Positions 53,331-64,000 of a stretch of 64,000 bases of DNA are shown here, piece after piece (position 1 is the stretch's first letter; each line of letters opens with the position of its first letter). A program made the position numbers and the translations under genes. The stretch is from NCBI GenBank assembly GCA_002104945.1, contig MCFH01000003.1, positions 1,116,001 through 1,180,000 on the forward strand, read 5' to 3'. The notes below the pieces were generated by a model that saw only the letters and a program-made list of their open reading frames with translations, did not search any database and was not told the origin of the DNA. The stretch is from Piromyces finnis finn. Lineage: Eukaryota > Fungi > Neocallimastigomycota.

Positions 53331-56300
53331 AAAAGTAAAAAAAAGCTTTTGTAAAGTAGCATCATATCATTATAATAAATGATATAAACTCTATACATTT
53401 ATATTCTTTAATTAGTCATTTGAATTAAATAGAATTTTATCTATAAGACAAGCTATGTTATATAGAAGAAATATTTTAAACTAAATAGTTCTAACCTTTT
53501 AAGTGAAAGAATTTTTTAAAAATTACAAAAATAGCGTCTATATCATTCTTTCCATATTTAATAATAAGGAGACATAGAAAATAAATAGTGCATTATGTCA
53601 TTCATAACTGTTTGAAACATATTTTAAAACAATATATTATATAGAATATATAAAATACCAATAAAAACATTATTAACTAGTCAACAACACTTGATAAAAT
53701 AATATTATTTTAAATTCACGAATAAAGGAGATTTTTTTTAAATCCTGACTCATTTCTATAAATAATAGAATTTATAATATATATAAAATCTCCAATATTT
53801 TCCATTATGACAAGTAAAAAAAAAATAGTCATCTAGCATAAAATAAATTGACTGGTTTTTATTCAAAATTAAAAAAAAAAGGAAATAGTTATACAAAATG
53901 TTGAATATATTTCTAATTGTTCCAACCTTTTAAATATTATTTGTATGATGTTTATTATTACGTATAAATGATTCATTAATATTAAAATATATGTAATATT
54001 TGCAATAAAATATATAAATGAACTATAATAACTCCCATAGAATAATTCCATTAAACTATATTATTTTAGAAAAAAAAAAAAAGAAATAATTTTTTATATA
54101 GAATAATTTTCATTATTATATTTTATTATTAAATTCTAATAATAATATATATTTCCATAATTAATAATAATAATAATAATGATAATAATAATTATCATTA
54201 TTAATACTATCATTATTTTATTATTAATTAATTGTTCTTTATTATTATTCTTAATTATTATTAAAATTTTTATTCTGTATAATAACTTTAATAAAATATT
54301 CTTTTCTTTAATTATTATTATCCCATCATTCTTTTTTTTTTTTTAAAAAAAATTAAAATTTCCTAATTTCCATTTCACATTTATATTAATTTACTATTAA
54401 TAAATGGTAACAATGTTTTTTTGTTATTGTTATTGTTATTATAATTAAAATATTACATTTTTCTTTTCTTCTATTTAATTATATTAATTATTTTTAATTA
54501 TCAATTTTATCATGGTCAATGGTCAAAAGTAGTCTTTTCAATAATGATTTCTTTATTTCTTAATTTTATTTTGTTATTTAGAAAAAAAAAAAATAATGAA
54601 TTTAATAGGATTATATTAAATTTGTTGAATTAATTATTGCTCATTCCTAATTATTATTAATCTATAATTATAAATATTATTATATTTGTATATTTGTATT
54701 TTTGTTTGTTACTTGGTGCTTATAATAGAAAAAAAAATTTTTTTATAAACTTTTTATAATTCCATTAACAAAGTTATTGATTATATTAATTATTGACAAG
54801 CAAGACACAAATTATCATTTATTAAAAACAATGCTATTAAATAATATTAATTCAAATAAAAATTATTGTTTTTAATAACAATGGCATTCTAATAGAATTT
54901 ACAAAGTTTAATTATTCCACAACAGATGAAAAGGAAAGAAGGAATAGAATAATAAACAAAATATTTATCTATTGTTTTTTTTTTTTAATTAAATTATTAA
55001 TAAAAATAAAAAAATATAAAATAATACATCATAAGAACTATAGGATTGAAATTTTATATTATAAATATTATTAATTATTTTATACTTTTTTTTTTTTTAA
55101 CGCATTCCTATTAATATTCTTGCAAAATAGCATGCCTTCCATTAATTCTATTCACTTTTCATTTTAATGCTCCGAAATTAAACTGGGTTTTGTCTCATTA
55201 CACAAAATATTACTACAAAAACTTATGATTATATTCTAATATATTACATTTTATTATTTAGTATATATTAAAATGTATCTAGAGAAAAATTGAGATGCTT
55301 AAAAATGTTTCAATTAATTATTTAATATTTCATGATGATTACGTTTTACAAAAAGTTAATATAATAATAAAAAATAAAAAATTAATTTAAATTTAATTTA
55401 ATTACATAAAAAAAATTAAATTTTTAATTAAAATATTAATATAAAAAGTTGAATACTAATTAATATTATTCTTTTATTAATAATTAAAGTTTAATATTCA
55501 AAAATAATTTTAGAAAATGTTTGTCGCTTATTAACGAATGATATTTCAGCGGTCATTTTATTTGTAACGGTTAATCTATGAATGGAAATTAATATAAATA
55601 AAACTTTTATAAATAAACCTGTATAATTGAACTTTTATAAACCTATATATAATTTATCCTGTATAATTGAACATTTACTTGTATAAATAAATACATATGC
55701 ATTTACTTTATTGAAATAATAAATTCATGGTTAAAGTTTATAAGTTTTTTATAAATTAAATGTTTATGAAAATAAATGAAATATTTTCATAAATTATTTA
55801 TATTAAAAATTTAAATTAAAATTTTCTTTAATAAAAAAAAAAAACTTTTAAAAAGTATAAAAAGAAATTAAAAAGTTTTTTTTTTTTTTTTTGAGTTTTT
55901 TATTTTTGTAAAATATTCTTTGAAAAGTTGTTTTTTCTTTTTTTTTTTTTTATTTAAAAAAGAAGCACACACAAAAAGCAATAGAAAATCATTTCTAGTA
56001 AATTTAAAGGAAGAAAGAAAAAAAAAAAAAAGCAATATTTTGTATATAGTGTAAAATAATAATAATAATAATAATAAAAATCAATTATTCAATTGTATTT
56101 CTTTAAAAGAGTAACCAAAAAAATTAAAAAAAAAAAAAAAAAACAACTACAACTAATTAGTAAATTTGTTATTATAAAAAATATACTCTCATAAGAAATT
56201 AATTCATGTATATATAATATGTATTTTTAAAAAGTAAAAAAAAAAAAATTCAAATTTCTAATTAAAAATATTCTTTTATACCCACAAATCCAACTTTTAA

Positions 56301-56434
56301 AATAAAAGAAATAATGTATAGTAATTATTAGAAAAGAAAAAACAACTACAATAAAATAATTTCTAATAAATAAATTACAATAAACCTTTTTTTTACTTTT
56401 AAAGATTTTATATATATATATCCATTATTAAAAA

Positions 56435-57388
56435 ATGAGTACATATAATTATGAAGAAGCTCAATATTGTTTTGAATTATTAAATCCTAATAATTCAGAT
56501 GATGTTCAAGAACAAATAAATAATGTAAGAAGAAATGTAGTATTATTTATAAAACCATTCACAAGTCAATTCTTTTTTTGGACATTATTATTACTTATAC
56601 TACATCGTTTCAATCTTAGAAAACCAATTATAAAAATTGTTGTGGCTCACTATATATTTAGAGTTATTGGTGATATGCTTGATTCTTACGGTTCTAGATA
56701 CACTGTCTATTATCATAAAAATATGTATGGTGAATGTGTTGCTGATCCAGTTAACAAAGCAGAAGACCATCCATTAAGATGGTTAATCACACGCCAGCTG
56801 GCTGGTATATTTTGGTATTCGGGTGAAATTGTTGGAGATTGGTATCCATTATTGCGTACTAAAGCTGTTGCTGGTGAACAAAAAGAAATTTGGTACGTTT
56901 ATACTTCTTGTTTCATTTTTAATTTATCAAAAATTACAATGATGTTTTATCACTTTTCTGTTACCGAAAATGATATGTTAATTAAGAAAAAGGAAGATGC
57001 TTTTTATAATGCTTATTGGGCTATTTATCTTGTCAGTCTTTGTTGTTCTCTACTTTATGATGGATCAGTTTATATTGCTATGAAACGTTCTATCTTAAAA
57101 GATACTGAAAGTATAAATTTTGGTTTTTTAAAAAAATTTAGAGATATGTCAGAATATCGTATTTTAGTAACCGCTTTTCTTGGACTAGTTGGGGTTCCAA
57201 TTATGGGAGTTTCTGCCGTATTACGATTAAAATATCAAGAATATGACTGGTCTTTTGAAGATTTAAGAATTTTCCTTGTAAATACTTCTTATTTCATGAT
57301 GTTTATCGATCAATTAATGTTATTTAGTTATTCAAAGGAAGAAAAATCATTTTCTTCAAATAAAGATAATAAATTATTTATGGTTTAA
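56435..57388 (+). CDS. Intronless orphan multi-pass (about 7 TM) membrane protein, GPCR-like topology
   Basis: 317-aa ORF with seven hydrophobic segments (FFFWTLLLLIL; IIKIVVAHYIF; LAGIFWYSGEIVG; IWYVYTSCFIFNL; YWAIYLVSLCCSLLY; ILVTAFLGLVGVPIMGVSAVL; IFLVNTSYFMMFIDQLMLF) and no signal peptide. Confidence 0.8.
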   Translation: MSTYNYEEAQYCFELLNPNNSDDVQEQINNVRRNVVLFIKPFTSQFFFWTLLLLILHRFNLRKPIIKIVVAHYIFRVIGDMLDSYGSRYTVYYHKNMYGECVADPVNKAEDHPLRWLITRQLAGIFWYSGEIVGDWYPLLRTKAVAGEQKEIWYVYTSCFIFNLSKITMMFYHFSVTENDMLIKKKEDAFYNAYWAIYLVSLCCSLLYDGSVYIAMKRSILKDTESINFGFLKKFRDMSEYRILVTAFLGLVGVPIMGVSAVLRLKYQEYDWSFEDLRIFLVNTSYFMMFIDQLMLFSYSKEEKSFSSNKDNKLFMV

Positions 57389-57657
57389 AAAGAATCACTA
57401 ATTAATACCAAAAGAGATAAAATAATCTTCAAGATACCATTATTTTTTTTTTTTTTTGTTAATGTATAAATTTATTAATTTTTTTACTATCGTTTTCATT
57501 ATTATGAATAATATAATAATATATTTTTTATTTTTTTAAAATAATAAAAGTATTACATATAATATAAAAATTATAAAAAAAAAACCAAAATTAATGCTGA
57601 ATATATAATTTTTTACTCTTGAACATTTCTTTTCTTTTATTATGTATGTATGTATAT

Positions 57658-57866
<209 letters not shown>

Positions 57867-58194
57867 GTAGGTAGTATAGTATTGCTGTTGTTGTTGATGT
57901 TATTTAGTTAATTAATTATTTATTCATTTACTTATTTAATCATTTATTTATCTATTCATTTATTTTTGATGCGGTCAATTTTTTAAATTTTTTTAATTAT
58001 TAATTAATTAATTAATTTAAAAAAAAAATTATTAATAAACCGACGGATTACTTTAATTAAATTATAATTATAATTAATTTTTTTTAATAGGAATGAGTTT
58101 TATTATTATCCATACAATATGTTATAAAATAATAATAATAAATAATAATAAAAAAGATATACTAATAATTATAAATATTAAAAATATTATTCTA

Positions 58195-58231
<37 letters not shown>

Positions 58232-59085
58232 TGTGATGACCATATGTTATTATTAAGAAAGAAAAAATCTTTAATCACCTCTTTCTAATAAGCATTTCAT
58301 TATTGCGCTTAAGACATCAAGCTATATATTGATTTTATTTTAACTTTAGTGTTTAATTTATTTTTTAACAATTAATTCTTAAAATTATTATTAAATGTTT
58401 TAGATGACAGTATATAATATTGAAACTATAGTTATAAAATAGAAATCATGTTTTCTTTATTTTATGATAGTGTAAGTATTTTTTGTGAGACTGAGAATGA
58501 AATACTTTAACTCTTATATTTTAAACTTTTATTAGTATTAAAGACTAATTTATTCTACATAATAAGCCATGCAATATATGAATAAGTTAACAATTTTTTA
58601 TATACTTTACAAGTTATTTTGACACCTTTGTATGTAAATAGTATTCACACTATTTCATTTTAAAAAAAAAAATTTTTTTTTGTTGTTAATGACTCTTTAA
58701 AAAAAAAAAAGAAATAGGATCAACATTGGTTATTTTAATACTGATGAATTGTCTTTGTGTGATATATTTATTTTAAAAATAATATTATCAATTTAAAATA
58801 ATTATTAATAAGCTATACACATTAATATTTATAATAATAGTAGTCAGGATTTCACATTTAAATTTTTGATTACTTTATTTTTTATCTTTATTAAAAATAT
58901 TTAATTATTTTATTATTTGTTTTAATTAATTACTTTTTATCTTTTATTTTCTTACATTTCTTTGATTTTTATTCTTTGTTTAAAAACAATAATTTAAATA
59001 TTTTTTAATATTAAAAATCATACTATTAAAAATATATTATATATTTCTTTTTTAAATTTAACTAAAGTATTCTACTATTTTATAT

Positions 59086-61458
59086 TTAATTTATAATAGT
59101 ACTGTGAATCATTGTAACTATTTTGGTGATAGTTTTAATTTCATTTGTTATGGTAGCAGTAGCTGTGACTAAATCTTCTTCTTCAGAATCACCTTCATCA
59201 ATAGGCGTCACTTCTTCTTCAACTTCAAGTGCTTCATCATCAGAAATATATTCTACTTCTGTTGGAGTTGGAGTTGGTTCAGCTGTAGAATTTGTTTGAG
59301 TTTCAATAAACGAATCAGAATAAGTTTCAGTTGGTAATTCAGATGGTGTTTCAACAAGAATTTCAGTTGAAGTTTCAGTTGGTGCTTCAATTGAAGTTTC
59401 TACTGATGTTTCAGTAAGAGTTTCGGTTGATGATTCATTTGAGATTTCACTTGATATAATTTATTTGGTAATTCAGGTTGGTGTTTCAAATACAACCTCA
59501 GTATAGTTTTCATAACCAAAGTAACAATCAGTTGATGTTTCAGTTGGCATTTCATATGAATAATAAGTAGAATACCAACCATCAAATCCAAAATCATAGC
59601 TATAATTAACATTAAGTTCTTCAACAACTGGATATTCATAATTCTCATCTAAATAAGTTGAATCACATTTTAATGAATAGTAATCACAGGTATATCTATA
59701 TCTCATAAGAATCTAATACTTTAATCCATAGGATTCCATATCTGAATAACCGTTAGTAAGTTCAGAATAAGCATCCCATTGTTCTAAAGAAAAGTTGCTA
59801 TCAATACCACCTGTATTAAGATGTCCAGGATAATTACCATTAACATCTGGTGTTTTATCTAATATGACATATGGTTTAATGTACTCTTTAATTTCATCAA
59901 TATATGAATAAAGTGTTGATGGATTAAAAACTTTACTAATAACCTCATTTAATATTTTTTCAAATCTAGCTGAATCATTGAAAATTAATACTTCCATAAG
60001 ATGAATGTCTCTATAAGTAACTATAATTGGAGCATTGAATAGCTAAGTTGTCCGAAATCATGATCAAAATCATGAGATAAATAAATCCATTTACCATTAG
60101 GTTGTTTGTACATATAGTAATTATGAGTATTTTGAATATGATCATAGGCACCTGTTAAATAATCAATGGCCATTCCATATAAGAAATGATCAATTTCGAA
60201 AATATCTTCAAGATCTGCGGCTGATTTAGCATTTTCAACTACTGTTAAAAATTCAATCCATTCAGTATCATTATTAATTTCTTCATTTTCATTAATACAC
60301 CCAGAAGAATATTCTGGAAGTAAATCAAACATTCTTTCACACTTATATAAATTTTTTCACCATAAACTTCTTCAATCCATGATAACTTATAATCATCATT
60401 AAATGTATATAATCTCATGAATTCATCATTAATGTAAAGTTGTACATAAATTGATGAAATTGATTTTAATCCTAAACGATTATGAATATCTGAAATTAAT
60501 TTTGTTCTCATAATAGTTGGATCATTACTATCAGCACGAAGTTTAAATTGACTATGTCCATAAAGATCCTTTTTACCTCTGATTTTTAAATTAAAACCAG
60601 GTTTTTGGAAGTATCGAGAGTATGCACCATCTAATTTAAAAGTTACTTTATCAAATGAACTTTGTTCTCCACAAAAGACATATGTATATAATATATATTT
60701 AAAAGTAATAATTAAAAACAATATTGTATTAATAATATTAATATAAATCTAATGAATATTATTACTATTGACAATAATAAATTTATTAATTACTTACCCA
60801 TTAATTTCGAAAATCATAGTAGCATTTTTAGTTTTGAATGATTTCATAATATCATCTTCTTCATCAATATTAATAATAGATCTAGTATCAGATGGGATAC
60901 TTGCATTTTGTAATATATCAAATAACACCATTTCATTATGGCTGTCTGACACTTTCAAGCTATTAAATACTTTTGAAATTCTTATTAAATTGAAATCTTC
61001 ATTTCTTTCTAAAAACTTATAATATACTTCATATAAATCATCATCCATATTAACTCTACTAATATTTTCTAAATTAAAGTCGAATCCATTTATTACTTCC
61101 ATCGCATCAAAAGTAGGAAAGCCATCTTCCCCTATTTTTAATTCTAGAAGGATTTCATCAAAATCATTACCAGGAAAAAAAATCTTTGAAATTTACTTTT
61201 TTTAAACCAAAAATTTCAGTATATATAGCAGCTTTAATCATATTAACAACAGAAGAGGTAATTAATTCATAATTAACCTTCATATATGAATTTTTTTTAA
61301 TTCAATAAATTCCTCATCAGGCATATATATTTTTAAATTTAGCATTGCATTATCTCTAAGTTCAAATAATTCTGCCCTTTTCCCTTTATCAATGAAAGTA
61401 GACACAGCCAAAGTACTACAAACTAGATATACTTTTTTTTTTTTTAAAAAAATTCATA
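59086..61458 (-). pseudogene. Disabled CotH-family kinase-like gene with Thr/Glu/Pro-rich tail
   Basis: CotH motifs are spread over shifting frames: RAELFE, FKLRADSNDPTIMRTKLISDIHNRLGL, FEIDHFLYGMAIDYLTGAYDH and HNYYMYKQPNGKWIYLSHDFDHDFG. Lesions include stops in the signal-peptide region, frameshifts near 60350, 60030 and 59470, and an in-frame TAG at 59713-59715 (GLKY*ILMRY). An intron follows MIFEING near 60797. Confidence 0.85.
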
Positions 61459-61591
61459 ATGATTTTATTGGTTAAAATTTAATTAATTTTGAATTAATAC
61501 AAAATTTGATTTTATTATTAAAAGTCAAGTCATTCTAATGAATTAGCAGTTGACTGTAGAATTTTATAGTTCTAATGAATTAATAATTATC

Positions 61592-61635
61592 CTAGATTTT
61601 TTGACTTTTAGGCCAAATTTCTTCTGGCCTTAGCC
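61592..61635. promoter_or_regulatory. AGGCC-N11-GGCCT inverted repeat element between divergent CotH genes
   Basis: ctagattttttgacttttaggccaaatttcttctggccttagcc resembles the reverse complement of the 5860-5906 island. Confidence 0.3.
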
Positions 61636-62739
61636 AGTTATTATAATAGACTTTAAAAATAATAGAGTAAGATTAAATTCTACTTTGTGTTTGATAAAAG
61701 TTACTTTTTTTTTATCTTTTATATATTTCTGGTGTTTTTTTTTTTTTTATTTTGATATATTTCTAATGTTTTTTTATCCATTATATCTTTAAATTCTATA
61801 AAATAATCAAGAACATTTAGTTATAGCACTGTTCGTTTTTTTGTTAATTCCTTTGTATATTTTATCATTAATTTATAAATAATACTCTGAGGTATTTTTT
61901 ACAATATTGAACTAGATATTCTAATATGATTTTAATTTTTATCTTTAAAATAATACTAGTTTAAAATAAAAAGTTGGTGTATTTATTATATTCCTTTATT
62001 TTAAATAATTTAGTTAACTATTTGAAAAATCAGTTACTTTAAGCATTTTAAACTGTAAACTTAAATTTAAAGAATAAAAGGCAATTAAAACTATTTTTAG
62101 TTATTTTTACTAATATTATTGTTATCAAAAGATTGATTAAAAAAAAAAAAAAAAAGGAAAATATTATTAATAATGAAACTACATTTATATATAGATAGAT
62201 AAATACCTTTTAAAAAGGAAGTAAGTGAATTTTATTAGGAGATTTATTATATTTATTATATTAGGAAATATAGAATTTATATTAATACAAAGAAAATATG
62301 AAAACTTTGATAATAATAATAATGATAAAAATAAAATATTACAAAAAAGTAACAAAATAAGAGTAAAAAAAAAAAAGAATGAAATAAAGAAGTATTTAAT
62401 GAAATGTTTAACGACATTTTCTTTACAATTAACCCATTTTATAACTCATTGTACTATTAAATGTTCTTTTTTTTAGTACTTTTTTAGTTTCATAACTTTT
62501 AATAATTTGTTTTATCTACAATTAAAAAAAAAAAAAAAAATATTACAAAGATTAATTAATGTATATCATGTATATACTCTTTTATAAATAAAAAAATATA
62601 TTATGCAACAACAACAACAACAACAACAACAAAAAAAAATCAACTAACATGAAAACAACACTAATAATAATTATAATAATATTTATTAATAATATTTAAT
62701 AATTATTAAAAGAAGAAAAAATGTTTTTTTTTTGTTCAG

Positions 62740-63010
62740 CCTATATTAATGTTGGGAGAGATGGAATACATGTGGTAATAAAGTCTGGTTTAATCCATCA
62801 AAAAATGTATTTATCAATGATTATATATAAATTTGATTCATCTTTTAACGAATTAATTTATCATTTATACATTCTATTATTGCAATAATATTAATAAGAT
62901 TGATTTCTTCCTTTTTTTTTTTTATTATCTGGTTCTTTTTTTGTTGAAAAAATATAACCAAACATCTTTTCCTCCTTGCTTTATTATTGTTGGTTTGTTT
63001 TGTGGTTAAA
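62740..63010 (-). mobile_element. Possible highly degenerate LTR-retrotransposon gag remnant
   Basis: Broken minus-strand translations give IIKQGGKDVWLYF and SLINTFFDGLNQTLLPHV, reminiscent of retrotransposon gag LxQGxxxVxxY and FxxGL motifs. No LTR or pol sequence is seen. Confidence 0.2.
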
Positions 63011-63573
63011 AAATGAAAATTTTTTAATATAATCTTTTAAACTTTATTTTATATTATTTTTCTATTTCCAAGGATATGTTTTACATTATTGTATACATTA
63101 AACGTATCATCTATCAATAGAATATGAGAATTTAATTTAAATATGTGTGAATTTCATTAGTTTAAATAATACAAAATGTTTATTTGTTTCATTCATCTTT
63201 GTACTACGTCCGTGTAACATTAACCAAGGTCTATTTATTAATTTTTAAAGTTTACATTATCCAATATATTTTATCTACAATAATAACAAATTAAAATTAA
63301 AAAAAAGAAACTTTTAATTAAAAAATGTTTAAAAGGAAAATTTCCAATTTTTTTTATTAAAATAAAAAAAGAAATCTCTTTTTTTTTTTTTTAAACCATA
63401 GAAATAAAAGGGAAAAGACTTTAAAAAAGATTTATTTTCTTTTATTGATTGCTGGCTAATAAGTATTCCTAATACTTATTATTATTAAAGGAAAAAAAGA
63501 AAAGAAAGAATAAATGAAAATAAAAAAATTAAAAAAATTAAAATTGAAAATAATAAAATAAATAAAGAACAAA

Positions 63574-63685
63574 ATGAATTTTAAAAATATTGCTTTAATA
63601 TCTTTATCTTTATGTAAGTTTTTAAGAAATTAAAAAAAAAAAAAAGAAAATATTATATTACAATAATGAATTATTTATTACTTTT

Positions 63686-63717
<32 letters not shown>

Positions 63718-64000
63718 TATAAAAACTATTGTTAATATTTATTATAAAAAAATAATTATATATATATAATAATAATAGTTGCAAATACTAGTTTTGCATA
63801 TGATGCCTTTTTCGGTAATGTCACAAGAGCTGAGCTCTTTGAAAGAACTGATTTTGCTGTTCCAAAAATTACCATTAATTTATCAAATGAAGATTATAAC
63901 AAATATTTCCTTACATATAAATGTTTATATGATATGAACATAAGACACACTACAAGAAATGAAGAATGTTACACTGCTGATTGGTCTAACCTTAATTCTT
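63574..64000 (+). CDS. 5' end of a secreted CotH-family protein (runs off the window)
   Basis: Exon 63574-63613 and exon 63779 onward splice in frame to MNFKNIALISLSLFANTSFAYDAFFGNVTRAELFERTDFAVPKITINLSNEDY. This is a signal peptide plus the same RAELFE N-terminal motif seen in the neighbouring CotH pseudogene. The catalytic region is not in the window. Confidence 0.7.

Noticed and set aside
61630-63459. GGCTAA (XlnR-type) hexamers upstream of both CotH genes (61630-61635 reverse, 63454-63459)
   Set aside because: There are only two short matches, and XlnR is an ascomycete regulator with no evidence of an orthologue here.

Overview
This is very AT-rich, intron-containing eukaryotic DNA, almost certainly from an anaerobic gut fungus (Neocallimastigomycota). 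The evidence is fungal non-catalytic dockerins, CotH paralogues and non-coding DNA that is almost entirely A/T. I assembled gene models by hand from GT-AG junctions that keep the reading frame. In order, the window contains: the 3' part of a multi-exon membrane protein gene; an intronless CE15 glucuronoyl esterase with two dockerins; a 1384-aa Crz1/Ace2/Swi5-family C2H2 transcription factor with a 22x14-aa Ser-Pro repeat array; an isolated 102-aa Ser-rich ORF; a Misshapen/MAP4K4-like kinase with a CNH domain; kexin (KEX2); head-to-head XRCC2-like and UXT-like genes; an F-box protein; RGP1; a DUF2236/MpaB/Lcp-like protein; an orphan 7TM protein; a disabled CotH pseudogene; and the start of a second CotH-family gene. 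There are several microsatellites. I found no rRNA, tRNA, CRISPR array or intact transposon. The best leads are a haem-oxygenase-like (MpaB/Lcp) protein in a strict anaerobe, the phosphosite array in the transcription factor, an animal-type MAP4K-CNH kinase in a fungus, and a duplicated autocleavage hexapeptide in kexin. Family assignments come from recalled motifs, not database searches.
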